NCBI GenBank assembly: GCA_052279835.1
Contig: CP181291.1
Coordinates: 1,856,001 to 1,920,000, forward strand
Direction: 5' to 3'
Length of the DNA: 64,000 nucleotides
From: Microcoleus sp.
Lineage (GTDB): Bacteria; Cyanobacteriota; Cyanobacteriia; Cyanobacteriales; Microcoleaceae
Made by a program: the position numbers and the translations under genes. The notes beneath the pieces were generated by a model. It made no database searches. It saw only the letters and a list, made by a program, of their open reading frames with translations, and was not told the DNA's origin. Below, piece after piece: positions 20,158 to 29,373 of this stretch. The stretch's first letter is position 1, and each line of letters begins with the position of its first letter.

Positions 20158-20589
20158 TCCACCACGACTCCCCAAAAACATTACGATCAAAAAATGTTGG
20201 GTTTCCTTCCGCAACCGAAGCTACAGTATCTCAACCAAACCACCAACACCAAATAAAATCATGGCTGAGGCGAGATTTTGGAAAAGACGAGACAAACCAA
20301 TCATCGACAACCAATACCACCTCCAGGAATTCTTATTATAAAATTAGCTTTATTTTGTGTTCAATCGCTTCTATAATAAACCTGAAATCTTTAAATGATA
20401 AATTCATATAATTTCCCTGCCCAAGAACGAATATTCGGCAAAACCCAACTAGACAGTTGCTTGAAGAAGCATATCCTCTACTTGTCTAATTTGCTCCCAA
20501 TTAATTCCTGCAACCCAAATACTTTCATCTATGAATTAATATAACCATGATTTGAACGTCTGACGCACCTTACTCTATGTGTCAGTTGC

Positions 20590-21090
20590 TTAGCTGTCAT
20601 TTGATTTATTTTCTCCAAGTTTGTTCTCTTCAGTTTCACCGTCTCCACTGTCGTCTAAATTTTTACTTTGCTCTGAAACTTCATAATTATCCATAATTTT
20701 GAGCAATAAATGCTTTAAATTCTTATCCGGTGGGCGTTTCTCAAATTCTGCGTGCGTGTAAATCCACAGCAACACAACTTCTTTTTTTGTAATATCTAAC
20801 AAATATATAAGTCGCCCCTGTTCAGAGGCTCCGTGAAGCTGAGGCATTTTAAACTCCAGCTTCCACAATTCCAACCCCTCACGGCTACTGCCTTTAGGCC
20901 ATTGTTCTAAATGTCCCAACGGTGGACGGGGACGGGGGTCAATGCTCAAAATTCTGAGAAATTTTTGGATTAATTCGACAAATTTTACTAATCCTGCCTG
21001 ATTTTTACGATAGCGATCGCGGATTAGTTTTTGCTGAGTTTTATCAAAGTTCTTCGAGAGCTTGATATGAAATTGCTCTGATCCGTTCAC
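20590..21090 (-). CDS. RelE/HigB-like putative toxin
   Basis: IKLSKNFDK..., LWKLEF, GRLIYL, VVLLWIYTH pattern; GTG start with SD GAGGAGG. Confidence 0.55.
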   Translation of the reverse strand: MNGSEQFHIKLSKNFDKTQQKLIRDRYRKNQAGLVKFVELIQKFLRILSIDPRPRPPLGHLEQWPKGSSREGLELWKLEFKMPQLHGASEQGRLIYLLDITKKEVVLLWIYTHAEFEKRPPDKNLKHLLLKIMDNYEVSEQSKNLDDSGDGETEENKLGENKSNDS

Positions 21091-21538
21091 AGGCCTCCTC
21101 CGCCGTCATCGCCTCGCTAGTTTCCAACCCTGCAAAAGCTTCCTCCAGGGCTTCAGATAGTGCTTTTTCATAAGCCATATCTTCCCGTTCAATTCCACTC
21201 AAAATTGCATTAAGAAGACGTTGAAATGCTCCAGCATAAGCTATAAAAGCATCTTGCTCACCTTTGATTGCAATTGAAAATAAAGAAAAAGCCAAATAAA
21301 AACGCCCTAAAAATTTAATGAAAATTCCCTTAATTCCTTGAGGGGGTTCAATTAAGGCATAAGCAAAAATTTTGAGTAATTCTCGCGTTTCAGAGGGAAT
21401 CTGTTCCCAACGAGCGTCAATGATTACAGCTAAATTGTTTGCTTTTTGAGCCAGTTCCCAAAACTTTGAAGCGCTGGACGTGCGCGGCTGAAATATCTGC
21501 CGAATTTCGCTGGGGCTAATTGTAATAGTGGCTGACAT
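21044..21538 (-). CDS. Hypothetical protein, putative antitoxin; probable start 21538
   Basis: Overlaps toxin start; acidic C-terminus AMTAEEACERIR; SD GAGG. Confidence 0.55.
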   Translation of the reverse strand: MSATITISPSEIRQIFQPRTSSASKFWELAQKANNLAVIIDARWEQIPSETRELLKIFAYALIEPPQGIKGIFIKFLGRFYLAFSLFSIAIKGEQDAFIAYAGAFQRLLNAILSGIEREDMAYEKALSEALEEAFAGLETSEAMTAEEACERIRAISYQALEEL

Positions 21539-21647
21539 TGGCCTGACCTCTTGCGATGCGATCGCTTTACTGATACTCAATCATTCTTAGTATATCAGTC
21601 AGGCCATAAAAAAAATTAGCTGTCATTACCAGTAGACAGGTCATACG

Positions 21648-21672
21648 AAAAAGGCGGGCCCGAAAGCCCGCC
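21648..21672 (-). terminator. groEL intrinsic terminator
   Basis: Minus strand GGCGGGC-TTTCGG-GCCCGCC-TTTTT. Confidence 0.85.
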
Positions 21673-21687
21673 CCGTCAAACTATCGA

Positions 21688-23328
21688 TTAATAATCGAAG
21701 TCGCCGCCGCCCATGCCGCCGCCAGCACCAGCGCTAGCGCCTTCCTTGGGTTCAGGCTTGTCAACGACGATGCACTCGGTTGTCAGCACCATGCCGGCAA
21801 TAGATGCGGCATTTTGCAGAGCAGAACGAGTCACCTTCGCAGGGTCAACAATACCAGCTTCAAACATATCGACAAACTCGTTTGTCGCTGCGTTGAAACC
21901 AACGTTAAATGGCTTTTCTTTGACGCGCTCAGCAATCACAGCGCCATTCAAACCAGCATTTTCAGCAATCCGCTTCAGAGGAGCAGCCAAAGCACGGGCA
22001 ACAATTAATGCGCCGGTCAATTCTTCGCCCTTGAGGTTGCCATTAGCCCACTCTTCTAATTGAGGAGTCAGGTGAGCCAAAGTTGTACCACCACCAGGAA
22101 CGATGCCTTCTTCGACAGCAGCTTTGGTAGCGTTGATCGCATCTTCTAAACGCAGTTTGCGATCCTTCATTTCGGTTTCAGTCGCAGCGCCGACTTTGAT
22201 GACTGCAACGCCACCAGCCAATTTGGCCAAGCGTTCTTGCAGTTTTTCTTTGTCGTAGGAAGATTCGGTTTCGTCCATTTGACGGCGAATTTGTTCGCAG
22301 CGAGATTTGACAGCGACTTCGTTACCTTCGGCAACAATTGTGGTGCTGTCTTTGGTGATGGTGATGCGGCGAGCTTTGCCGATCATGTCCAGTTTGGTGT
22401 TTTCCAGTTTCAAACCGGCGTCTTCGGTGATTAGTTGACCGCCGGTCAAAACGGCGATATCTTCTAACATGGCTTTGCGTCGATCGCCAAAACCAGGTGC
22501 TTTGACAGCAGTTACATTGAGCACACCGCGCAGTTTGTTGACAACGAGGGTGGCTAGAGCTTCTTTCTCAATGTCTTCTGCAATGATCAGCAGCGGGCTT
22601 CCAGAACGTGCTACTTGTTCGAGCACTGGTACTAAGTCTTGTACCATGCCGATTTTTTTATCTGTCAGCAAGATGAAGGGGTTGTCGAGTACCGCTTCCA
22701 TCCGTTCGGTGTCGGTGACGAAGTAAGGCGAAATGTAGCCTTTGTCGAAGCGCATCCCTTCGGTGATTTCGAGTTCGGTGGTCATGGATTTGCCTTCTTC
22801 AAGGGAAATCACGCCTTCTTTGCCCACTTTGTCCATGGCGTTGGCAATCATTTGGCCAACTTCGTCGTCGTTGCCGGCGGAGATGGAGCCGACTTGAGCG
22901 ATGGCTTTGGAATCTTCTACTTGTTTGGCGTGTTCGGCAATTTTTTCTACCAAAAAGGTGGTTGCTTTGTCAACACCACGTTTGAGGGCGATCGCATTTG
23001 CACCAGCAGCTACGTTCCGCAGGCCTTCTTTGACCATTGCGTGGGCCAGAACGGTAGCAGTTGTGGTGCCGTCGCCTGCTGCGTCGTTGGTTTTGGAGGC
23101 GGCTTGACGAATTAGAGCAACGCCTGTATTTTCTACATGGTCTTCTAGTTCGATTTCTTTGGCGATGGTAACGCCGTCATTGACGATTTGAGGAGCTCCG
23201 AATTTCTTTTCGAGAACTACGTTACGGCCTTTGGGACCGAGGGTAACTGCCACTGCTTCGGCGAGAATGTCCATACCGCGTTCGAGGGCGCGACGTGCAT
23301 TTTCGTTGTAGATTATACGCTTAGCCAT
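21688..23328 (-). CDS. groL: Chaperonin GroEL (GroEL1)
   Basis: [15 protein letters not shown]-terminal [10 protein letters not shown]; follows groES. Confidence 0.99.
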   Translation of the reverse strand: MAKRIIYNENARRALERGMDILAEAVAVTLGPKGRNVVLEKKFGAPQIVNDGVTIAKEIELEDHVENTGVALIRQAASKTNDAAGDGTTTATVLAHAMVKEGLRNVAAGANAIALKRGVDKATTFLVEKIAEHAKQVEDSKAIAQVGSISAGNDDEVGQMIANAMDKVGKEGVISLEEGKSMTTELEITEGMRFDKGYISPYFVTDTERMEAVLDNPFILLTDKKIGMVQDLVPVLEQVARSGSPLLIIAEDIEKEALATLVVNKLRGVLNVTAVKAPGFGDRRKAMLEDIAVLTGGQLITEDAGLKLENTKLDMIGKARRITITKDSTTIVAEGNEVAVKSRCEQIRRQMDETESSYDKEKLQERLAKLAGGVAVIKVGAATETEMKDRKLRLEDAINATKAAVEEGIVPGGGTTLAHLTPQLEEWANGNLKGEELTGALIVARALAAPLKRIAENAGLNGAVIAERVKEKPFNVGFNAATNEFVDMFEAGIVDPAKVTRSALQNAASIAGMVLTTECIVVDKPEPKEGASAGAGGGMGGGDFDY

Positions 23329-23461
23329 AGTTTTTTGGGGGTTTTGGGTTTAAGATTTGGGATTTTTGGATGGCGGTCATTTGTCGTTTGTCATTAGTTT
23401 GTTGGCGTTGTTCGCGATCGAACTAATGACTGATGACTAATGACTAATGACTAAGGATTAA

Positions 23462-23773
23462 TTAGTTAACGATCGCCAGAATATCTTTTTCTGCCAACAA
23501 GACGTATTCATCGGTGCCGAGTTTGATGTCGGTGCCGGCATACTTCGAGTAGAGAACTTTGTCACCGACTTTGACTTCCATTTCCACGCGCTGACCGTCG
23601 TCATTGCGTTTGCCGGGGCCCACTGCCGCGACTTCCCCTACTTGGGGCTTTTCTTTGGCTGTGTCAGGCAGAAGGATGCCGCCGGCGGTTTTTTCTTCGC
23701 TAGCGCTTACTTTCACGAACACGCGCTCGCCTAGTGGTTTAACGGTAGAAACACTCAGTGATACTGCTGCCAT
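23462..23773 (-). CDS. groS: Co-chaperonin GroES
   Basis: [29 protein letters not shown]. Confidence 0.99.
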   Translation of the reverse strand: MAAVSLSVSTVKPLGERVFVKVSASEEKTAGGILLPDTAKEKPQVGEVAAVGPGKRNDDGQRVEMEVKVGDKVLYSKYAGTDIKLGTDEYVLLAEKDILAIVN

Positions 23774-23859
23774 AAATAAATCTCCAGATTACAGATTGTC
23801 GTCAGTCAGTGGTCAGGAGTCACTGTCAAAGCAACAGCCGACTACTTACAACTGACATA

Positions 23860-23886
23860 TTAGCACTCTCGACTCCTGAGTGCTAA
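23860..23886. promoter_or_regulatory. CIRCE element (HrcA operator)
   Basis: Perfect TTAGCACTC-N9-GAGTGCTAA upstream of groES. Confidence 0.97.
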
Positions 23887-23924
23887 TTTAGCTTTAGTTA
23901 AGGGCGATCGCAACTTGCGTGTCT

Positions 23925-23940
23925 GTACGGGTTCCCGAAC
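23925..23940 (-). promoter_or_regulatory. K-box
   Basis: Minus strand GTTCGG-GAAC-CCGTAC fits GTTCGG-NNAN-CCNNAC upstream of groESL. Confidence 0.85.
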
Positions 23941-24046
23941 CCAGAAGGAGTGGGAGAGTCGGAAAGTGGCGGAGAATGGGAGAGTCCCAGAGGGGGAGAG
24001 TGGGGGAGTGAGGTAAAATTTAAAATCTATTTACCAAGGAATTCAG

Positions 24047-24472
24047 ATGTCAGAAAATCAGGATGAATCTTGCTCTCAAGACTTGAGGGCGTGTGTGGAA
24101 AGCCTGGGACTGGCTCACATAGAGCGACATATTTTTATCTGTGCCGACCAAACCGTACCCAAGTGCTGCGATCGCGCCACCAGTCTCGAAGCATGGAACT
24201 ACCTCAAAAAACGCTTGCAAGAACTGGGATTGGATCGGCCCAGTGTCTCACGGCCTACCTGCATCTTTCGTACCAAAGCCAATTGCCTACGAGTTTGTAC
24301 TCAAGGGCCAATCATGGTAGTCTATCCAGACGGAGTTTGGTATCGCGACGTTACACCCGTGGCGATCGAGAGAATTATTCAGGAACATCTCCTCAACTCC
24401 AAGGTGGTTCAAGAATACGCTTTCTTGACTCAACCTTTACCAGTAACAACTCTGACGGAGCAAAACCCTTAA
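24047..24472 (+). CDS. Thioredoxin-like [2Fe-2S] ferredoxin
   Basis: HIFIC...KCC...CLRVC..GP.MVVYPDGVWY. Confidence 0.9.
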   Translation: MSENQDESCSQDLRACVESLGLAHIERHIFICADQTVPKCCDRATSLEAWNYLKKRLQELGLDRPSVSRPTCIFRTKANCLRVCTQGPIMVVYPDGVWYRDVTPVAIERIIQEHLLNSKVVQEYAFLTQPLPVTTLTEQNP

Positions 24473-25002
24473 TTGTAGCGTTTAAATGTTAAATTTAAGG
24501 GTGAGAATCTGATTATTGTTCAGCGTCGAGTCGATCGCACCTGTGACAGCTCAAAGCAGCGTGAGTTTGCCGAAAAAGTTTCTCAGTGCTAGGCAGTAAG
24601 CAATTTGCCAAACTACACTAGAAAAAGTTAAACACGTAAGTAGGGATTCTGCTTAAATCTCTCTATATCAGAAGTATCATTTAAAACCGGGGCATCAACC
24701 GGCAATTAAACCGATCGAGATTAAATATAACTAAGGCTCTCCCAGACAGTCTCCAATCAATTAAGGTCGATCGTTACAGGATCGCCCATCACAGGTTTTG
24801 GCTCCGTTCCTGGTCGCAAGACATTGACAAACGGGCATCAACAACAGGTTCGGAAGCGGTAATACCCGCCCCGCTTTCCCCTCACCGCAATCCCTTCACC
24901 CCATCACCGTCCTCCAAACCCCCGCAGGGGATAAGGGGGGACGGCCAGAAAACACCGGAGTGAAAACAAGCAAGCCAGCGGAATACTTTAGCGGGAATTA
25001 AC

Positions 25003-25653
25003 ATGACAAAGGAAAATAATTCAGGAGAGCAAAAAAGGCTGATGCTGGTTGACGACGACCCCAACTTGATCTTGCTAGTCAAGGATTACTTAGAGTTTCG
25101 GGGTTATAACGTCATTACAGCAGAAAACGGCAGACACGCTCTGGAAAAACTCGAACAAGAAGTTCCCGACTTGATCATCTGCGATGTGATGATGCCGGAA
25201 ATGGATGGGTACACTTTAGTCAAGCACATCAGAGAAGACCCTCGCACTAACTGGATTCCTGTTCTATTCTTATCTGCTAAAGGTCAAAGCTCAGACCGAG
25301 TAAAAGGCCTGAGCACGGGGGCTGATGTTTATATAGTTAAACCTTTTGAGCCCGAAGAACTGGTAGCTCAAGTAGAATCTTCTTTGAAAGCCGCATCCCG
25401 CTTGATTCGACACCGCAATGAAGGTATTGACAGCGGGCTCAAAATTAAAGCGCGGCGCAATGTCGAATTGACTCCCACCGAGTTAAAGGTGGTACAGTTG
25501 CTAGCGCAAGGTATGGCAAACCGCCAAATCGCAGAGGTGATGAATGTCAGCCAGCGAACTATTGAAAGCCACGTCAGCAATATGCTAGGCAAAACCGGTC
25601 TCCACAACCGGACAGAGTTAGCTCGCTGGGCACTAGAAAGCAAAAAAGCTTAA
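25003..25653 (+). CDS. NarL/LuxR-family response regulator
   Basis: REC domain plus LTPTE...GMANRQIA...TIESHVSN HTH. Confidence 0.92.
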   Translation: MTKENNSGEQKRLMLVDDDPNLILLVKDYLEFRGYNVITAENGRHALEKLEQEVPDLIICDVMMPEMDGYTLVKHIREDPRTNWIPVLFLSAKGQSSDRVKGLSTGADVYIVKPFEPEELVAQVESSLKAASRLIRHRNEGIDSGLKIKARRNVELTPTELKVVQLLAQGMANRQIAEVMNVSQRTIESHVSNMLGKTGLHNRTELARWALESKKA

Positions 25654-26020
25654 GCTGGGTGGGCTGCTATAAAATGAGGGGGTTGATTAACAGCAAGACT
25701 TTTTCTAACATTTGTAACGGAAAAGGTGTTGCCAAGGCGCTGCGCTATGCCACGCAGGCGGTCGGGCTGTAGTCAGTCGTTAGAACCCCCATTAACCTTG
25801 ACACCGAAGCCGCCCGCTTAGTTGATAGATGTCTGGTTTTTGGGAATGATGGGTCAATTATGGGAGCTTTTAAAAAGGCCCTCTGGCGGTAGAGCCTAAA
25901 ATATGAAATACTGGGGAGATAGAGTTTTCTGAAGTTTAATCTATTGCCTCAGTTAGCTCCATATTGCTAAAATGTGATATTTAGATTAATTTCTTTCTAC
26001 AATTATTAGGTCTAAGTTCT

Positions 26021-26542
26021 ATGACAAACTTAATGAACCGCCTTTCTATTTTTGTGGACGGGAACAATATGTTCTACGCTCAACAAAAGAACGGTTGGTT
26101 TTTTGATCCCCGTAGGGTGCTCGAATATTTCAAAACTTCGCAGCCGAATGTAATCTTGATTAATGCTTTCTGGTATACAGGTCTGAAAGACCCGCAAGAT
26201 CAAAGAGGGTTTCGAGATGCTTTAATCAGTCTGGGTTACACGGTGCGCACTAAGATTCTTAAGGAATATTACGATGATGCTTCTGGTCGATATTCTCAAA
26301 AGGCTAATTTAGACATAGAAATTGTGGTTGATATGTTTAATACGGTGGATCAATATGACCAGGTGGTACTGTTTAGCGGGGATGGGGATTTTGAGCGAGC
26401 GATCGAGCTACTGCGCTCGAAAAATACTCATATTACTGTGGTATCAACCGAAGGCATGATTGCTAGAGAACTCCGAAATGCCACAGATAGGTATATAGAC
26501 TTAAATGAAATTCGGGAACATATCGAAAAAATGGATTATTAG
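26021..26542 (+). CDS. labA: LabA-like NYN-domain protein
   Basis: IFVDGNNMFYAQQKNGWFFDPRRVL, KANLD, SGDGDF. Confidence 0.8.
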   Translation: MTNLMNRLSIFVDGNNMFYAQQKNGWFFDPRRVLEYFKTSQPNVILINAFWYTGLKDPQDQRGFRDALISLGYTVRTKILKEYYDDASGRYSQKANLDIEIVVDMFNTVDQYDQVVLFSGDGDFERAIELLRSKNTHITVVSTEGMIARELRNATDRYIDLNEIREHIEKMDY

Positions 26543-26622
26543 TTAGTAGTTAGTAGTTATTAGTTAGTAGTTAGTAGTTATTAGTTATTAGTTAGTAGTT
26601 AGTAGTTATTAGTTATTAGTTA
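26540..26622. repeat. STRR array (TAGTTAG/TAGTTAT)
   Basis: 7-nt tandem repeats starting at the labA stop. Confidence 0.85.
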
Positions 26623-26716
26623 GGGGCGGGAGGGATAAAAAAAATAGAATCGTGACGAAGGACTAATTGCCAAAATCGGTGTACAAGTAAAATTCAAGAG
26701 ACACTTTTTGAGAACT

Positions 26717-28339
26717 ATGAACACTCAACAAAATCAAGACAGGATTCTAATTTTTGATACGACTTTGCGCGACGGAGAACAATCTCCTGGCGCATCTCTG
26801 AATGTGGAGGAAAAACTGACGATCGCCCGTCAGTTAGCCAGATTGGGTGTAGACATCATCGAAGCAGGTTTCCCTTTCACCAGCCCAGGAGATTTTGAGG
26901 CAGTTCAAAAAATAGCCAGAGCAGTGGGCACAGAAAATGGGCCGACAATTTGTGGCTTAGCCAGGGCGCGAAAACCAGACATCAAAACAGCAGCCGAAGC
27001 TCTGAAGCCAGCCGCCAATGCGCGAATTCATACGTTTCTGGCTACGTCTGATATTCACCTGGAATATAAACTGAAAAAGACGCGGGTCCAAGTGCTGGAA
27101 ATAGTTCCAGAAATGGTAGCTTATGCTAAGTCTTTTGTCGAAGATGTGGAATTTTCCCCCGAAGATGCTTGCCGTTCTGAACCAGAGTTTTTATATCAAG
27201 TTCTGGAACGGGCGATCGCAGCCGGAGCCACAACTGTGAATATTCCCGATACAGTCGGCTATACAACTCCCAGCGAGTATGGTGCTTTGATTAGGGGAAT
27301 TAAAGAAAATGTACCCAATATCGATCGCGCAATTATTTCAGTCCACGGTCACAATGATTTAGGACTAGCAGTAGCTAACTTTTTGGAAGCCGTGAAAAAT
27401 GGTGCAAGACAGTTGGAATGCACGATTAATGGCATTGGCGAACGAGCAGGAAATGCAGCTCTCGAAGAGTTAGTGATGGCCCTGTACGTGCGACGTCAAT
27501 ATTTTAATCCATTTTTGGGTAGACCAGCAGAATCAGAAGAGCCACTGACCAATATTGACTCGCGCCAAATTTACAAAACATCGCGCTTAGTTTCCAATTT
27601 GACGGGGATGTTGGTGCAGCCAAATAAGGCGATTGTAGGGGCAAATGCCTTCGCTCACGAGTCGGGAATTCACCAGGATGGGGTGCTGAAAAATAAGCGG
27701 ACTTACGAGATTATGGACGCTGAATCCATCGGCTTAACTGAAAATCAAATCGTACTGGGCAAATTGTCGGGGCGTCATGCTTTTCACAGTCGCTTGAAAG
27801 AGTTGGGTTTTGAAATGGGTGATGATGAGCTAAATAAGGCTTTTGTCAAATTTAAGGATTTAGCTGACAAGAAAAAAGAGATTACTGATTGGGACTTGGA
27901 GGCGATCGCCAACAACGAAGTCCATCAAGCACCGGAACTTTTCCGGTTAGAATTGGTGCAGGTTTCCTGTGGCGACAAATCTCGTCCCACAGCCACAGTC
28001 ACCGTGCGGACTCCGACGGGGGAAGAATTGACTGATGCTGCGATCGGCACTGGCCCAGTAGATGCAATTTACAGAGCAATTAACCGAGTGGTAAATCTCC
28101 CCAATGAGTTGATTGAGTTTTCGGTACAATCGGTAACAGCGGGAATTGATGCGATCGGCGAAGTCACAATTCGCCTGCGTCACCAAGGCAAAGTATTTTC
28201 TGGACACTCAGCCAATACTGACATTATTGTAGCCTCCGCCGAAGCTTACATCAGCGCCTTAAATCGCCTTTACGGAGTATTGCAGCAGGAATCTACTGCT
28301 GATAAAACATCCAAAGTTGTAACAGTCGCTCAGTCATAA
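26717..28339 (+). CDS. leuA: 2-isopropylmalate synthase
   Basis: [29 protein letters not shown], regulatory domain GPVDA. Confidence 0.97.
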   Translation: MNTQQNQDRILIFDTTLRDGEQSPGASLNVEEKLTIARQLARLGVDIIEAGFPFTSPGDFEAVQKIARAVGTENGPTICGLARARKPDIKTAAEALKPAANARIHTFLATSDIHLEYKLKKTRVQVLEIVPEMVAYAKSFVEDVEFSPEDACRSEPEFLYQVLERAIAAGATTVNIPDTVGYTTPSEYGALIRGIKENVPNIDRAIISVHGHNDLGLAVANFLEAVKNGARQLECTINGIGERAGNAALEELVMALYVRRQYFNPFLGRPAESEEPLTNIDSRQIYKTSRLVSNLTGMLVQPNKAIVGANAFAHESGIHQDGVLKNKRTYEIMDAESIGLTENQIVLGKLSGRHAFHSRLKELGFEMGDDELNKAFVKFKDLADKKKEITDWDLEAIANNEVHQAPELFRLELVQVSCGDKSRPTATVTVRTPTGEELTDAAIGTGPVDAIYRAINRVVNLPNELIEFSVQSVTAGIDAIGEVTIRLRHQGKVFSGHSANTDIIVASAEAYISALNRLYGVLQQESTADKTSKVVTVAQS

Positions 28340-28372
28340 ATTGCCAATTATTTATCAGTTTTCAGTTAATTT

Positions 28373-28397
28373 GTAGGGCGGGCATTGCTCGCCCTAC
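28373..28397. repeat. GTAG-type REP-like palindrome
   Basis: GTAGGGCGGGC-ATT-GCTCGCCCTAC downstream of leuA. Confidence 0.65.
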
Positions 28398-28481
28398 TGC
28401 TGTAAAATCACCCAAAAATCAGCGAAAAAGTTGTTGGCAGCGAGTTAGATAAAATCCGGTAGCATCTGAATTATTCACCTC

Positions 28482-28532
28482 TCTATTCTCTTCCTCTGTG
28501 CCCTCTGTGTTCTCTGCGGTTAAATCATTCCC
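28482..28532 (+). repeat. Dispersed CTCTGTG-rich repeat, copy 2
   Basis: Matches 8686-8734; related reverse copy near 31535-31563. Confidence 0.75.
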
Positions 28533-28557
28533 ATGCAACTAATTAAGATTCCATAAT

Positions 28558-29358
28558 ATGCAAGAAGAAACCTTACAAAAAGAGCGACAATTCCACGATG
28601 CTTGGGCATCCACAATCGACGTTGACGGCATTCGAGTCAACGATTACTTTGAAGCTTGTACAGCCCCCGAAAATAGATTCATCGTCCAACAAATGGGCGA
28701 TATCACGGGCAAACGCCTCCTAGATTTAGGCTGCGGTGCTGGAGAAAATAGCGTTTATTTTGCAAAAAAAGGCGCGCTGTGTACGGCGGCTGACTATTCT
28801 CAGGGCATGGTAGAAGTTGCTCTGAAATTAGCAGAGACAAACGGCGTCAAAATCGAAGGTTGCACGGTAAATGCCATGGCGCTAGATTTCCCCGATAATA
28901 GTTTTGATATTGTTTACGCTTCTAATTTGCTGCACCATATACCGGAACCCGAAAAAGCGATTCGGGAAATGCACCGCGTGTTGAAACCGGGCGGCAAAGC
29001 TTGTTTTTGGGACCCGATGAAGCACAATCCAGTCATTAATGTTTACCGCAGGATGGCGACGGAGGTGCGCACTGAGGATGAAACTCCTTTGGATATTAAT
29101 ATTGTGAAATTTGTCAAGTCTTTGTTTTCCGAGACAGCTTACGACACATTTTGGTTGACATCGCTTTGGATTTTTTTACGTTTTTATTTAATCGAAAAAG
29201 TGCATCCCAATGAGGAACGTTATTGGAAGAAGATTATTATTGAACAAGAGAGATTAAAACCAGAGTATTCTCGGTTGGAAGGGTTGGATAGTTTTTTAAA
29301 GAAGTTGCCTTTGATGAAACGGTTGGCTTGGAATTTGGCTGTGGTAGCAACTAAGTAA
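28558..29358 (+). CDS. Class I SAM-dependent methyltransferase
   Basis: LLDLGCGAG, FPDNSFDIV, LHH, RVLKPGG. Confidence 0.92.
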   Translation: MQEETLQKERQFHDAWASTIDVDGIRVNDYFEACTAPENRFIVQQMGDITGKRLLDLGCGAGENSVYFAKKGALCTAADYSQGMVEVALKLAETNGVKIEGCTVNAMALDFPDNSFDIVYASNLLHHIPEPEKAIREMHRVLKPGGKACFWDPMKHNPVINVYRRMATEVRTEDETPLDINIVKFVKSLFSETAYDTFWLTSLWIFLRFYLIEKVHPNEERYWKKIIIEQERLKPEYSRLEGLDSFLKKLPLMKRLAWNLAVVATK

Positions 29359-29373
29359 TTTCAGGAAGTACCA

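Noticed and set aside
19951..20341. 87-aa and 84-aa ORFs
   Set aside because: Translations of the 31-bp repeat
21713..23397. Plus-strand ORFs over groEL
   Set aside because: Antisense shadows from codon bias
24848..24863. Second K-box
   Set aside because: GTTCGG present but the CCNNAC half is absent
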